Assembly (NCBI GenBank): GCA_964270895.1
Contig: OZ185439.1
Length of the DNA stretch: 64,000 nucleotides
From: Podarcis filfolensis
Taxonomy: Eukaryota
Strand: one strand, 5' to 3'
Part shown: one piece after another, positions 48,671 through 62,335 of the stretch
How the letters are laid out: each line of letters opens with the position of its first letter
Numbering within the stretch: position 1 is the first letter of the stretch
Translations under genes and position numbers: made by a program
The notes under the pieces: generated by a model
What the model was told of the DNA's origin: nothing
The model's database searches: none
What the model saw: the letters and a program-made list of their open reading frames with translations, nothing else

Positions 48671-50494
48671 TATATAGGATAGCAGCCATGGAGTATGTGT
48701 GTATGCGGGGGGGGGGGGGGAGTGGGAACCAGACTGGGAATATTGCAGCACATGGGGTGAAATGTATTGACCTTTAGTCCTTCACTGGATCCCCACTGAA
48801 GAGCCCCAGATGCTCCTTGTCTCCAGATTTGCTGCAACAGCACCTTTGAAGGGCAAATAGCACATGGGATGAGGAATTGTGAATTAGAGAAACAGAAGGA
48901 CAATCCCAATGCTTGCTAGTTCTTGAGGGAGAGGGGCCATGAGAGAAGCAATCATGTGGTAAATGTGCCCTCTTTTGGGGTGGGGGTGGGGTAGGTCTCA
49001 TTCTGATCCAATATTGGTTGGAATGTGGAGGTGGGTCTTCCAAGTGTTGTAGGACTAGCTCCCCTCAGTCCCAGCCGACATGGCCAATGGTCAGGAATAA
49101 AGTTACAGGCCAGCAGCCTTGGTGGGGAGGGCACCCTGTTGGCTACCCCTGGACTAGAGAAACACAGAAAGTCCCAATATCAAAGAAACTTGGAAAACCT
49201 AAAGCAAGCTGCCTAAGGCATTTAAATTCACATCATTTTCTGTAAGAAAACAAAATCAAAATGCACCACCTGCTTATTTGTCACTATCCCAATACTTTTG
49301 AATTTACCTGCTGGAATCATGCAAGCTGAGAGCAGATTTACTTCTAAACTGAACAGCTGTTGAATCTTCATGTACCATTTCCCTCATGTTTCCAAAAGTA
49401 AAAGGGATAGTGGATTTCCGCCCCCTGCAATATCACATAAAATAACCCACAATCCTGCTTGTGTGATATGCAGACCAGACCTGTTTCGGTGGTGTCACAG
49501 TAAACACTTACAGCAAACAGTTCCAGCATTCCTGTGTCCCTTCTGCTGAAAACCCTTTAATCAATTTGAGCACTGAGAAATTATGGTACACAAGATTAAT
49601 GGGCACTGGGGACCAATCATACACATTGTAGCAGACACAACTCCAAAAGGCTGCAGCCTAATGCATTAATGTCATCAGAGCCCAGGAAATCCATCTTATA
49701 GGTGACAATGCCTCCAATATGGTCATCCCTATCCATCCCCTTAATCTTTTCTTCATGTGGAAAAGGCTGCGGGGGAAAGCATGGTCTCTGTGAGCCTTGC
49801 TGTGCTCCTGCGAGAGAGTATGGAGTGGATTCCCTTTTTGTGCGGAGGTAATTGATTCCCCTCAAAAAAGCATTATGATAGGTATGACAGGCTGAATCTA
49901 GCCTTAAAAAACCACCAGACTGACATGCCAAACTCTCTCTGGCTCTCTGTGATTCCAAGCCCTGCTGACCCCTCCCTCTAGCCTAGTTCTAGACATAATG
50001 AAAAGGAGCTTTAGATGTACTTTCCAAAAGCCCAAAGGACACAAAATGTAACAGAACCTTGAAAAAAGATGCTTAGATCACAAGCTTAACAACCATACCA
50101 TCTAGCACATGAGGGAGAGTTCAGTGAGAAATTCCAGAGAAATGCTTCTTTAAACCGATAACAGCCAACTGTCAATGTTTATAAGAAAATTTATTTGGGG
50201 GAAAAGGTAAGGGAAGAGACCAAATAACACAGAGGTTTTCAGATAAAAAACAAAAAGTCAGTCAACCTAAACAAGTTACATTTTATGTGGTTGAGTAAAG
50301 TTTTGGGTTTCAGAGCATGTGTGGAATACTTTGCAGAAAATATTAGTCCCTTTCAGAGTATCTTTGGTCATCTGATCTGCATTCTTCCAAAAGAGAGATG
50401 GGACTGGGTTGGTGTCCCAATATTTACTGGAATTTGAGACAAGCTGAAATGGGCCTTCTTTTGGAGGCAGACAGAGTAGCCAAACAGTACGTTT

Positions 50495-50670
50495 ATATCA
50501 CATTCAACACATTCAAATATGGCTTCCACAAATATTCATGGGAACTGTCATTTGTTAAGGGTGCTAGAAATGGTAGCTCTGTAAGTGGGAAACTACAGTT
50601 CCCAGGGTTGCTGAGGGTGGGGAGCCATGCTCTTTAAATGTGTGTTGAATGTGCTTCAAATGTATAGTGT
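50495..50670. mobile_element. Palindromic Harbinger-like MITE, copy 3 (more diverged)
   Basis: TGGGAACTGTCATTTGTTAAGGGTGCT...AAACTACAGTTCCCAGG shared with the other two copies. Confidence 0.55.
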
Positions 50671-53600
50671 GGATCTGCCCTGCCTGTGTAGTTAAATCAA
50701 TGGCAAGATAAGCTCCATCGCTGAGGTAAATGGCAAAGCCATGCAGTCAAGAATTTACTTAGAAGATGGTTCCCCCGTTTAAAAGGGTTGGGACTGACCA
50801 AGGAGCAAGCTAGTTCAGATGAGTGTTGTAAAAAGAAAAGAAAAGAAAAAAAGATAACACATTTGGAAAGTGGGTTGGATCTAAAATCAAGGATATTGAT
50901 CTACACAGTGGGCTCTTAGCAGGCATTCAAACTAAACAGCATTATCAATCATTATTGGAATGTAGCCATTTGTCACAACCCAAGGAAAACTGGAAGATTC
51001 TTGTTTCAAGAACGGAAACTTATGAGATAATGTCTCTGGAAATCATGGCATTTTCGAATAAACTTCACAGACAACCACTTTCTTGGAGGCATAGAAACAG
51101 TAATTCAGATCAGATTACTTCTGTTTCTCTGGTCACAACTGGAGCTATACTAGCTGCAGTAAATAATACAGTAAAAGTGCTTTTAAGTCTATTAACTCAG
51201 AGAGATTATCTCCTTAAAAAACAAAAAAAAGTTGTATTGATTTTCGGTGTATAAACACAATTACAAAGAGACCGCCCAGCATCTCAACCTACCCCCTACC
51301 CCTCCTCAGCACAGGTCAGCCTATTATGTTTTGCCAAATTCCAGTTTGTGTTTTTTGTGGATGATTCTCTCCTTTTTTTCAGGAGCAGCATAACTTAATA
51401 ATAACTGTCTTTGGACATGGTGGAAAGGCAGGGAGAACATAAGGGGAATATATATATATATATGCCTTGCACCTACTGTTTCTGTTCAGGAGAAAATGTG
51501 AAGAATCCCATTTGGATCTTACATGCAGGGAAGGAAGAGCAACTTCTATCCCCTGTTAATTCTGCATGGAGTGTAAGAGGCTGTCAATGACTACTAATAT
51601 CTCCAGTGTTGAAGGAGATGTGCCCCTGAATACCAATTACAGGAGAACACAAGTGCAGAGAGTGATATTGTGCTCTTGTCCTGCATATGGGCTTCCCAAA
51701 GGCATCTGGTTGGCTGCTGTGAAAACAAAGGTACTGGTCTACATAAGCTTTTGGTCTGTTCCAGTAGGGCTCATCTTATGCTCAAATAATAGATTTTTGC
51801 TCACCTTCCATCTTGCCATTGTGAGGGGAAAGTCAGTGATCCATGAGAATGGATCAGTGGCGGCAGTTTCACACAAATTCAAGTTATCTTAGAGCAGCCA
51901 CACTAACCATGGGACAAACCTAATGTGCTACCCTAACGCTGGAGCTTTGCATTTAAAAAGATAAGCATCTTCCATTCCTGTCAGCAATACGCCAGTCCTC
52001 CATAGCCTTTAATGGGCTTTTCGGAAGATAAAAATTCCAGACGTTATTCTTTGTGCTGTATTATTATTCCCAACCTCAGTCCTGCACCAGCAACAGAATA
52101 TCCCCATCCCTATGACTAGGGACTAGGGCCGCTCAGAAGGGACCTCACTCAAACATGCACACGTATAATGGTAGAGGCCTGGCTGGAAAACTTATAGGCT
52201 CCACTCCGTAACTTGACCAATTGTGGCTAGGAGCAGCTAGGAGCTAGATGGGGGGATCTTTAAAAAAGTGTAGACTTGCACATGCTGGCCAGCTTCCATT
52301 TTGACTCGAAATATTCATTCTGGGCTTCCCAGAAGTATGGTACCAAGAAGCTGCGCCCCACCCCCTCCTTGTCAGCTGATGCTGCTGGCGGCGCTGGTGA
52401 CAACATGGAATAGGAAGACAAGTGAATTATCAGCTGTAGACCAATCATCCAAGAGAGTGGTGGTAAGAGGGTGGTACCAAGGGAGAATGAGTGTCCCATT
52501 CCAGTATCCTTTTTTAAAAAAAAGTGACATTTTGAAAGTTATCCAGGGGCACGAGGCCACTTCCTGGATATTATGATCTACAATGAATTCCCTTTTCCCT
52601 TTTGGGGGGTTAATTTGAGCAAGTGAACATCCTTCCCCTGCCCGGTGGTATCCGGCTTCCCTCAAAGTATCAACATCAGAGTAGAATTCTGTGTGGGGAG
52701 GAAACTGATTCCGGATTTTCAGCCGTGTAATTTTTTTTCACTGGTGCTGCTCCTTTAATAAGAACCAGCCTATTGGGGGAGGGGGGAATCAATTAGGGGC
52801 TGAGGAAGGAAAGGCGGCTGGTGCCTTCTGGAAGGGAGAGGGACTCAACTAGCATAACAACTGGGAAAAATCCATCAAGAATGCCTGAGTAAACCCGCTG
52901 TCTGCTCTGGCTAGGAAAGAAAACAGCCTGGCCTTAATCTGTGGCTAGCAGTCAGTACACGCTGTCGATTAAATATCCATCAATTTGCACATCACACTTT
53001 GTGCTTGTGTACCCAGAGCCAGCGGTGCACCGAATTACAGCACTGCAGGTTTGCCAAATGGGTGCTGTCAACTGACAGGCCAAGAGGCCCTAGAGCAATT
53101 TCACTCACTTTTGATTCATGACTTGTCAGAATGCTAACCAAATATTCCATTTTCACCCTCAGGCTGCTTCTCTTACTGCTGACTTGCATCGCCAACGAGG
53201 ACTCTGCTCTTGCTTCTCGGAGGGATGTGTTGGGCTCCCCATTCCCTTGAGGACAGACTCTAGGGAGGATGGATTCTTAAATAACAATCTGAATTCTGAC
53301 GGAGAAACAGTTCAAAGATAGAAAGGGGGTGGGGGAATGCAGTTGCAGCTTGCAGAACTTAGTGCCATGGGAATTCTTATTCTCTGTCTTTTCCTCCCGT
53401 ATTTTGTTTTTAAATCACATGTGCAGGGAAAGTGTTTTACATTCAGACTTAAGTTATAGAGGCAGCCTTCTTGCTTTTCATATATATTAAAGGACACCAA
53501 TATATTTCATGTCCTTTAGGCCTTCCCCTTGCAGATTTACAGGGTTGGTACTCGGAAAGGTTGCTCTGGGGCAGACAGCTTTGCATCCACAAATGTTCTG

Positions 53601-54711
53601 ACCCAGGATGTATAACATTCAGCATCTTCCTTTGATAATCCCTAATGCTTGAATCACATGGGTTCGTAGCAGAGTGCCTTTCGTAGTTTTCTGGCTAGAA
53701 AATGTGTTCTTACATCGGATGGAAGACGCAGTGGAAGCAATATCATGAGGGTTTAGGGAGGAATACTCTTGATTATGGGGGTTTGAACATGTGCAGGCCT
53801 CTTCCCCCCTCCTTGTTTCCTTTGTCTCTAATTATCTCCACTCTCTAAGACTGCTATGGCAGCTTCCATTATGCTGCAAACTCATACATATTTATGTACG
53901 TATGAGCCCCATTAGGAGTGGAAGGTGAGTATGAGAAACATATGGAGTTTCCTTAGCAACTGTGAGATGCCAGGCCCTAGTGGAGTGGGTTGTGTGTGTG
54001 TTTTACCAGCTCAAGAAGTGGGCCTCCCATAGATGTGGGGGGCACCAGTAAGAGCACACAGAGAGAGATTTTTAACATGCTCTCACTGGAAGAATGTCAC
54101 ACTTTTCAGTAAAGGCTCAGCTTTCCCCAAACATGATTTCACTGTAAGATCAAAAGCGGGGAATAGGGTTGTGAATCCTGCCTGCTGGGGGACTCTGTTA
54201 CTTCAGGGTGAAGATAAAAGAAGCTGGGGAATGGGGGAGCCAGAGGGAGAGGTGAGATAGGGTAGGTGTGGTTGCAGATCAGGGATAGGAAACGTTGTCA
54301 GCCTGAGGGCAACATTTCTGTCCCTGCAACCTTTAGGGGTCACATGGCAGTAGTACGCAGAGACAGATGCTAAAGAGCACTCAATATAAATTCTACCTTT
54401 GCACCATAGGAGAATTGCTTCACCAACCCACCAACCCCTCTGTCCTCCATTCAGGTAAGCAAGGGGTATGTATTATTAGAGCTAAAGGACACATTCCAGC
54501 CAGGCAAAACCATTCAGGGGGGGTGGAGCAAGGCCAGTGACATGACATGAAAAATGGCTTGGCAGGGAGGCCGTATCAGGAGGTCAGGAGTGAGCTACAC
54601 CTGGTGTACAGGATAGTGGAGTGAAAGGAAGAAGTGGCATAAGAGGAATGTGAGGGTTCCTGGGTGGTTCTGAGGGCACTGTAGATGCAGGACAGGCATG
54701 ATTTCTTAATA

Positions 54712-54953
54712 TATTGGTACCTCAGGTTAAGAACTTAATTAGTTCTGGAGGTCCGTTCTTAACCTGAAACTGTTCTTAACCTGAAGCACCACTTTAGCTA
54801 ATGGGGCCTCCTGCTGCCGCCGCGCCGCTGAAGCACAATTTCTGTTCTCATCCTGAAGCAAAGTTCTTAACCTGAAGCACTATTTCTGGGTTAGCGGAGT
54901 CTGTAACCTGAAGCGTATGTAACCTGAAGAGTATGTAACCTGAGGTACCACTG
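54712..54953 (+). mobile_element. Tigger/pogo-like MITE, family copy 4
   Basis: (T)GGTACCTCAGGTTAAGAAC...TAACCTGAGGTACCACTG-TA; collinear with 32024-32246. Confidence 0.9.
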
Positions 54954-56089
54954 TAATGTTTCTCAAGTTACTAAAGAAACATTTCCAAGAGCATTAGGGA
55001 AGTATGACTGGTGGCCTTTAAACAACTGCTACATATTCTCCCCATTTAACAGCAGTCTTGACCCCAAGGGATGACGTTGTTGTTGGGTTGTTTTTTTAAA
55101 AAAAAACATCCCATCCTTCAGTTAAAAAGAATAGTAGTACCACCCTTGCAGTGAGGTTAAGGGTTAGGGATAATTTGTGTGCATGTTCGATTAACACAGG
55201 ATCAGAAGCACCCAGGAGAAGCTTTCTCCTCCTTGCCAACATCCTTCTTATCTTACCTTCCATGAGCTTCCTTCCCTGTGGCTGGAGGCACTGAAGCCAG
55301 CTGCTACTTCCAGTTCTCCCTCCCGGAGTTGGCCGCTGTCTCATTTACCCAATGCAAATCAAGCCTCTCTTTTCCTGTAAGCCAGCTCAATCCTCTCACT
55401 GATCCTTGCTGTGCTCTGGCAGGCAGGCAAGAATCCCACAGCTACAGTTTCCCTTCTTTGTAGGTTGTCAATATTCAGATTTCTAGGGTACTTCTCAAAG
55501 TTGTTGCTAGGATCAACAATAGAAGGGAGACAGTCCTTGAAACCGAAAAGTGTCACTTTAATTAGGTACTTTCTGTTGTTGTTGGTTTCAAGCTGCTTTT
55601 GCGATTTAAAGTGTGAGACCAGTGAGTCCTCTTTTAATCATTCATTGTGGCAATTCTGTTAGGCCACAATTATAGAAACAGGCATTTCTTTTCACCCTCT
55701 GCTTTAATGGGTGGTTTGTGGTTGGTCAACACTCTGGATCCATTGTGCTGGGGAAAACTGACACATAAAGAGACCTGAGATCAGCTTTTGCCAACTTGGT
55801 GTTCTCCATATGTTTTGGACTACAACTCCTCTCAGCCAGTCTGGTTGGTGAAAATTGTCCTAGAGAGCATAATTCCTAATTATCATGATCAACATGATTC
55901 TAGATTTGTGGACAGGAAAGATTCCTTGTGCTGTAAGATATCAATGGCCTGCAAAAGCCATACGTAGAACATATCACTACATCATATAGACGTCAGCATT
56001 CTAAAGCATTTCTATTCTACCAAATAAGATTGTGTAGTCTCCAGATTCATTCATTAACCCGAACCGTCAACTGGATTATCTAACTCCAA

Positions 56090-56620
56090 AAGGTTAGTGA
56101 GAGTGAGGCAGAACTTACCCTTGCAGAAGCCATGCTGGCTTTGCTTCAGCAAGACTTGTTCTTCCATATGCTTTGTATTTCTTTCTTTAACAATGCTTTC
56201 CAACAGCTCTTCTGGTACAGTCCTTAAACTAAAGGGACTGTAATTTAGAGGATCTCCCTGATCCCTTTTTTAAAACTTGATGTTACATAAGGCCACTTTC
56301 CAGTCCTCAGGTACAGAGGCTGCACTTAGGCTTGCTACATATTTTTGTTAGAAGACCAGCCATTTCCCCTTTGAGTTCTTTAAGCACTCTCAAGTGGAAG
56401 CCATCCAGACGTGGTAATTTGTCAGTTTTTTCATTTGTTAGCCAGGCCAATAGTAGCTATAAGCTACGTGGGGAATGGTATCAGAAAATGCTGACACAGC
56501 TGCAGGCATAGCCTAATTTGTGCTTTCCTTCTTTACATCCTCAGGAGAATTCAGAGCTGTAGACTTTTAGCATTCTGACCCCCCAAAAGCCTCCCTGATG
56601 AGCCAGCAAGGAGTAGCCTT
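56090..56620 (-). mobile_element. Old CR1 ORF2 RT fragment
   Basis: Minus-strand frameshifted motifs RVLKELK.E.A..L, SASVPEDWKVA, FKKG.RGDP.NY and SQHGFCKGK.CL. Confidence 0.8.
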
Positions 56621-56910
56621 AGACATTTTGCTACCATAGGGGGAAGTCAAGCACTTCCTGCTCCACAGGGCCACGAACATTTCTGTGGCTGCAAATCTTG
56701 AAACATCTTTCTACATAATATGTTTTTAATATACTGTATACAACACCTCTTTTTTATTTTACAAAAAGTCATAAGTACGTAAGAAGGTGCCTCCTAAACT
56801 AAACCAAAGGTTCATCGAGATCAGGGATGAGGAACCTGTGGCCCTCAAGATGTTTTTAGACCCAACCCTGCTCAGCTTCAGTCAGCATGGCCAATGGGCA
56901 GGGAATATGT

Positions 56911-57088
56911 GAACCTAGGAAGCTGCTTTATAATGAGGCATGGTCCATCTCATTTAGTATTGTCTACACTGACTGGCAGCAGCTCTCCAGAGTTTCAGGC
57001 AGGGGTCTCTCCAAGCCCTAGCTGAAGATGCTGGGGACTGAACCTGAGAATTTTAGCATACTAATCATGCTACTAGGCCACAGCCCTT
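56911..57088 (-). mobile_element. Squam3-like SINE
   Basis: AGGAAGCTGCTTTATAATGAG...GTCTACACTGACTGGCAGCAGCTCTCCAGAGTTTCAGGCAGG...ACTGAACCTG. Confidence 0.7.
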
Positions 57089-57179
57089 CCTTGATCATGC
57101 GAGTTGTAGTCAAAAACATCTGGAGGGCCAGAGGTTCCATACCACTGATCCAGGCTGTCATCCTGTTTACTATTGTGAC

Positions 57180-57610
57180 CAATCAAATGCTTCAAGTATC
57201 CCTACAAAAAGGAAATGAAGGCAACAGCCTTGCCCTGTAACTGGTACCTGGTGGTATTTTATCTCTGCACTGGCAGGTTCTTCTTAGTGATCATAGCTAA
57301 TAGCCTTTGATAGATAGATCCTTTGTGGATTTCTCTAATTCCCTTTTAAAGCTGGTAACCATCACCAGGCTCATATTGGTGAATTAATTCCATACATTAA
57401 TTACATGTATGAATAAGTACGTTATTTGTCTGTCCTAAATTTATTGCCCGTTAATGTCATTGGTTGACCCCTAGTTTATGTTATGAAAAAGAGAAGAGGG
57501 GAAGGAAATTTTATATTCACTTTCTACACACCATGTGTCATTTTATAAAACCCTATGGCATCCTTCCCCCTAGTACTCATTTGGCTAAATGAAAATGCCC
57601 CAAACACTTC
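57180..57610 (-). mobile_element. Old CR1 3' fragment
   Basis: Reverse-complement CR1 RT C-terminal and 3' UTR pattern (GATCATAGCTAATAGCC...TCTAATTCCCTTTTAAAG...TTCACTTTCTACACACCA). Confidence 0.65.
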
Positions 57611-60140
57611 AGCCTATGCCCTCATTAAAAAGAAGGGCAGCCAGGACTGCAGCAGAACCTATGAGGAGAGTGGCCATGTGTCCTACTTAAAGAGCTGGTC
57701 AGAGGAGAGACCGCTGTTTGAAGGAGTCCTTGATTTGAAGGGTGGTCCACTCCATGTCTGATTTAACATTAAAGAACAATGAGAAGGAGAATAAGTTGCC
57801 CACAGGCCATTAGCACCTGGGCAGTAGACTGAGCAGGCACACAGGTCACCAGGTTGCAATCTTTTCCACAATGGTGAGATGTATTGCAGTTCTATTAAAA
57901 CTGTAGTCATTATTTATCAGTTTGCATGTATGCATACAAACCTGAATATGCAGATTTTACTCAGTCCATGACCTCTTTTGTCCTCTTTTTTTGATTATGC
58001 ATTTCCTATTTTTGGTGATGTTGCCATCCCACCCTGGGCAGCAAGAATGAGAGCATTAAACAAGGGCAAAAGGCTGTGCTGTTCGCTGCCTCTGTAAGCA
58101 GAAATCCTTGGTGTCAAGTGGGAGGTAGAGGGAGGAGAGACATTTGCTTGTCTGAAAACTATTAGTTAAAAATCATGGCATTGATCAGTTCAGGGAATTC
58201 AAAAGTGGTGTGCAGAAACTGTCTACGACGTTTCCTTATTAAAATGCTGCTCCTTACCAATTTCTTGTGTGCTTTAATTGCATTATGGGTGAGGAAAGCC
58301 TGGGGCCTAATTTATGGATCTCAACCTGGAGCATCTGAAATGCTGATGATGGTGAATGCTGGAGGCATTCAAAACACATGAGGGAACACAACAAACATCC
58401 CTCCAGGGCATTGTCTTTGGATTGTTTAATAAGAATGTGTATTTCTAAATCCTACGTCCACATCTGTGCTGAACTAGTTTCTATGCATTGGGTGCAGGGG
58501 TTTCCGGTTTCTGAAATCATTGTCCCCATACACAGATACTTCCATGCTTATTCACATCTAATCTTACACTGAGAAGAATTGGTAACAGGACAAGAGATTC
58601 CACCTAACCATTCCCAGCCAAATTGCTGATGGGCTTCAAAACAGTGAACCATGTAACCACCAATTTTAACCAGTCATGATCCTGGGTTCAGAAAACACAC
58701 CAAGCCACATCTTGCCCTCAGCAACCCCCAGCACCTTGCCAACCACCTCACCCCCTAGATCACACCTACTACCCACTCCCCCAACTAATTCATTAGACCT
58801 TCTCCTTTCCACCTCATACCAGCACTGCAGCCAAAGACCTGGCCTAGCAGGAGGAACACAACAAGAAGTAGGCGAGAAGTGGTGGCCAGCTAACCTGGGA
58901 CTGCCACCACCTTATCCAGGCCTATGTACTTTCCATCCCAAATGGTGGCAGTGGCGACAGATTACCAGGGTAACTGTCAATAGCTTCTGGCTGCCTTCTT
59001 CCTTCCTGTACTGCTCCTCCTATTGGGCTGACATATCCTGATTGGTGATGGTTGGAGGAGTGGATCCCCAAGCTGGCCAGAGGAAGAGGAGGAGGATGGC
59101 CAGCAGTACCAGCCAACCTGGGGATCTGGGGGCAGGGTTCCCAGGGCTGGCAAGTAGAGGAGCCTCTGATGCTTGCCTGGGCCACTCATATACCACCCCC
59201 TAGCATGGTGTAGTCCACCTGTATGTGGCCAAACAAACTGCAGTGTGATGACACTCTTACATTTTTATTACATGTAGACATGATTTGCATCAGCATGACT
59301 TGCAAATGCAGCCATAGCTATTGTCTGTTAGTATGCACTTCACAACACAGGAGCTCTGATAAATCACCTAAGAGAATGGGGGATGTGGGAGGAGAGGGCA
59401 AAGGGACTTATCCCTGATCTGTGTGTGATATGATAAAGGTATGTGTGAAGCAAAGTCATCTATTCCAGCCGTTGAATGTAATAATTTCAGCTTGCATAAT
59501 CAGTTCATACCTGGTTAATTTTTTGTGTGCCATCTCTATTCTAGCAATGCTCCATCCCCTCTTCCCCTCAAACAGAAAATGGCACATAATGAGATCATAA
59601 TTGATTTACTTTCTTGTCTCCTGGGGAAAATTCTAAAATCTGAATTATATTTTCCTTTTCCTTTGCTAAATCCTTATATGTATGCCACAGCAAAGACTAT
59701 TAATGGTGAGACTAATATTTTAAGCTTTTTCATTAAATGACTTAAATTATGGGCATTTTAATAGTAGAATTAGATGTTGTGAGATACAGAAAGCTGTTGC
59801 TGCTGCACCTCTCTCTTTCCCTCCCTCCCCCCATTCCTGGCCAGGGCTCATGCAAGTTTCACCTGTAGAAATATCCACTTCTTTATAACCATGAAGATGT
59901 ATGGTGGGATGGATCGATGAAGCCCCCTCCCAAAACTGGTGTTGCTACTGCTTACCTGGGCAGGACTGGGGTGGAGCAGCACTGGTAGATAAATGGGAGT
60001 GCTTATTTCTTTATGCACACAATATATTTTTCTCCTGTATTTTTATGAGACCATATTCAAAGTGGGTAATACAATGACTATATTATACTCTTCTTTACTC
60101 CATGGGCTCCAGCTAGCATATAAAAATTTCATTAAAAAAA

Positions 60141-60260
60141 TATATTTATATCCCGCCCTCCCCAGCCGAAGCCGGGCTCAGAGCGGCTAACAACAATAAA
60201 AGTAACACAGTTTACATAAAATCAAAATCAATTAATTGAAATGCATTCTAAAATCAATTC
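60141..60260 (-). mobile_element. Young L2-type 3' end fragment
   Basis: TATTTATATCCCGCCCTCCCCAGCCGAAGCCGGGCTCAGAGCGGCTAACA with its CpGs retained. Confidence 0.65.
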
Positions 60261-60785
60261 CTTCTAAGATCAATTCAAAATCAGTGTCCAGCTTTATCTC
60301 TAAAAGACGTAAAGTCCAAGCATTCAATTTGAGATGGTTTGAAGAAAGTAGTGAGGACAAGCTTATTATATATAATAAATTCTGCCCAGTCTCAAGCTAT
60401 TCTTTCCCTTATCCGAAAATAAGGCTGTCAGTCACAATACATTGTTATATGTCTGTTCAGTTCCTTCTCTCAATTCTGAGGCTGCTAATACTTGACTAAA
60501 TGTATATAAACAGAATAATTTTTAAATGCATCTATGAAAAACACCAGCAATATAAGAACTCTCTCCTTTCCTACGCTTTTCAAAAACACAAGTCTTGTTC
60601 TTTAATATAAGAGCGAGGGTCCCAGTCCAGCTGATAAATAAAAAGTGATGGCAACATGTTGCCTCACCTGGGGCCCAGTCCCAGCTGGTGAATCCTCAAA
60701 AGATGGAGATGGTATAGTTCAGCTCATTTGCTTCTTCCAGAGAGAGAAATGTCTCACCTTTCATTGCAGGTAGCTTCTCCAAGGC

Positions 60786-60920
60786 CAGTGGTGGAGAACC
60801 TGTGGCCTTCACTATGATATTTGGGCTCCAACGTCCATTAGTCCCAGCCAGCATGGCCAATGTCAGGGATGCTGCGGCAGTCTATCAACACCTAGAGGGA
60901 TCACAGGTGTTTCATCCCTG
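60786..60920. mobile_element. Degenerate short hAT MITE
   Basis: CAGTGGTGGAGAACCTGTG...CACAGGTGTTTCATCCCTG termini; the TSD is not preserved. Confidence 0.6.
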
Positions 60921-61895
60921 CCTTAGCCTTTCAGCTACTTGGCATTTTTTAGGTAAGGGATTGTAACGTGTGCAGCCACAGCCATAGCCACAATACTCCC
61001 TCCTCCACAAGCAGCAAAGCTTTAGAAATACAGTTTCTACCATCCAGAAATATAGTGTTATACGTGGCTGGAAGTGTGTGAAGGCACTGCACCCTACAGT
61101 GCTTTCTGTGTCTTTTAAAGTATTTGGGCAGATGTCAGAAGCCTCTTAGTGATGCTGAGTTTTTGCTTGGTAGTCTGCATGCATTTTCAAGGCACCGAGA
61201 TGCTTTGCCAGGGTGCCACCTGGGTCAGTCTGTTGGCTGCCTGCTTTGTTTGCCTCCCAGATGCTGTACAAAGTACTGAGCCTTGGTTAGAAGCGCCGAG
61301 TTGGCAATTTTTGATATTGCTGTTAACATAATCAGCTTTTGCTTCTGCAGCAATTAGCATATTATTACCCATAATGTTTTGCATGGCAATTTTGTTGTAA
61401 ACATTTGTACTAATTCACCATAACCTAATTATTTTTATGATGCATAATTATGGAATATTTTCCAAGAAGGAATGGTTCTATTTTCTAGTGTGTAATTCTT
61501 TTGGAGGAAAATCGGGTCATTCTAGTGCTGTCCCCAACCCCACTTCTTTCCTTCCAAATCTGTTTCATTTGGTTATGAGCACACTTTGCAAAGTTTCCCT
61601 GAATCTCCTGAGCTGCTGAAAAATGGATCCTTCTTGTATGGAAGTTTGTGCAGTATCTTGGGAGAGCAGACTGAACCAATGTGGTCCAATCAATCAGGTG
61701 TTAGATTCATAGTACCTCAAGATCTGGGATCTAATCCCTACTAGGTCAGCCTTGCATTTTGCTGTTCAGTTACTTGCCTGGGATGCTAACACTTTCTGGG
61801 AATGTAGTTTGCCAGAGTGATTGATAAACCTCAGCAGGGATGGGGTTTACCTGTGGCCCTCCAGAGGTTGTTGGCCTACAGCTGCTCTTATATAA

Positions 61896-62074
61896 AAACA
61901 TAGGATACTTCCTGATACAGAGTCATACCAGTGCTCTATCTAGCTCAGTACTGCATATGCTGACTGACAATCACTCTCCAGGGTTTCAGGCAGTGGTCGT
62001 TCCAAGCACTGCTTTGAGATTGAATCTGAAGTTTCTGTATGCAAAGCAGATAGGCTACCACTAATCTATGGTCC
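61896..62074 (-). mobile_element. Squam3-like SINE
   Basis: AACATAGGATACTTCCTGATACAGAGTCATACC...CTCTCCAGGGTTTCAGGCAG...TGTATGCAAAGCAGAT. Confidence 0.65.
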
Positions 62075-62239
62075 TTTGACCTGAGCTACAACCCATCTCC
62101 ATTGGTCATGCTGGCAGGGGCTGGTGTGAGTAGGAATCCAACAACATCTGGAGAGCCAAAGGTCCCTTATCCCTGACCTGCAGGGAGACAGGTGGGCAAA
62201 AATTGTGTGGATACCTTTATCTGCAAGGTCATACTAAGC

Positions 62240-62335
62240 TCACTGGTGCTCTTGAACAAGTCACTACTCCCAGAATCAAATCTCAATACTAGGAATGAGG
62301 AAACCTACCTCACAAAGCTATTGTGCAGGCAGTGT
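62240..62335 (+). mobile_element. MIR/CORE-SINE-like relic
   Basis: CTTGAACAAGTCACT...CCTACCTCACAAAGCTATTGTG resembles the MIR core. Confidence 0.35.

Noticed and set aside
56586-56620. Additional hammerheads at other CTGANGA words (e.g. about 56587, 37826, 44542, 2960)
   Set aside because: None is followed by a stem II plus GAAA at the right distance.
56090-57610. One continuous CR1 element
   Set aside because: The two minus-strand fragments are in the wrong order for collinearity (the 3' part lies at the higher coordinate), so they are separate insertions or a rearrangement.
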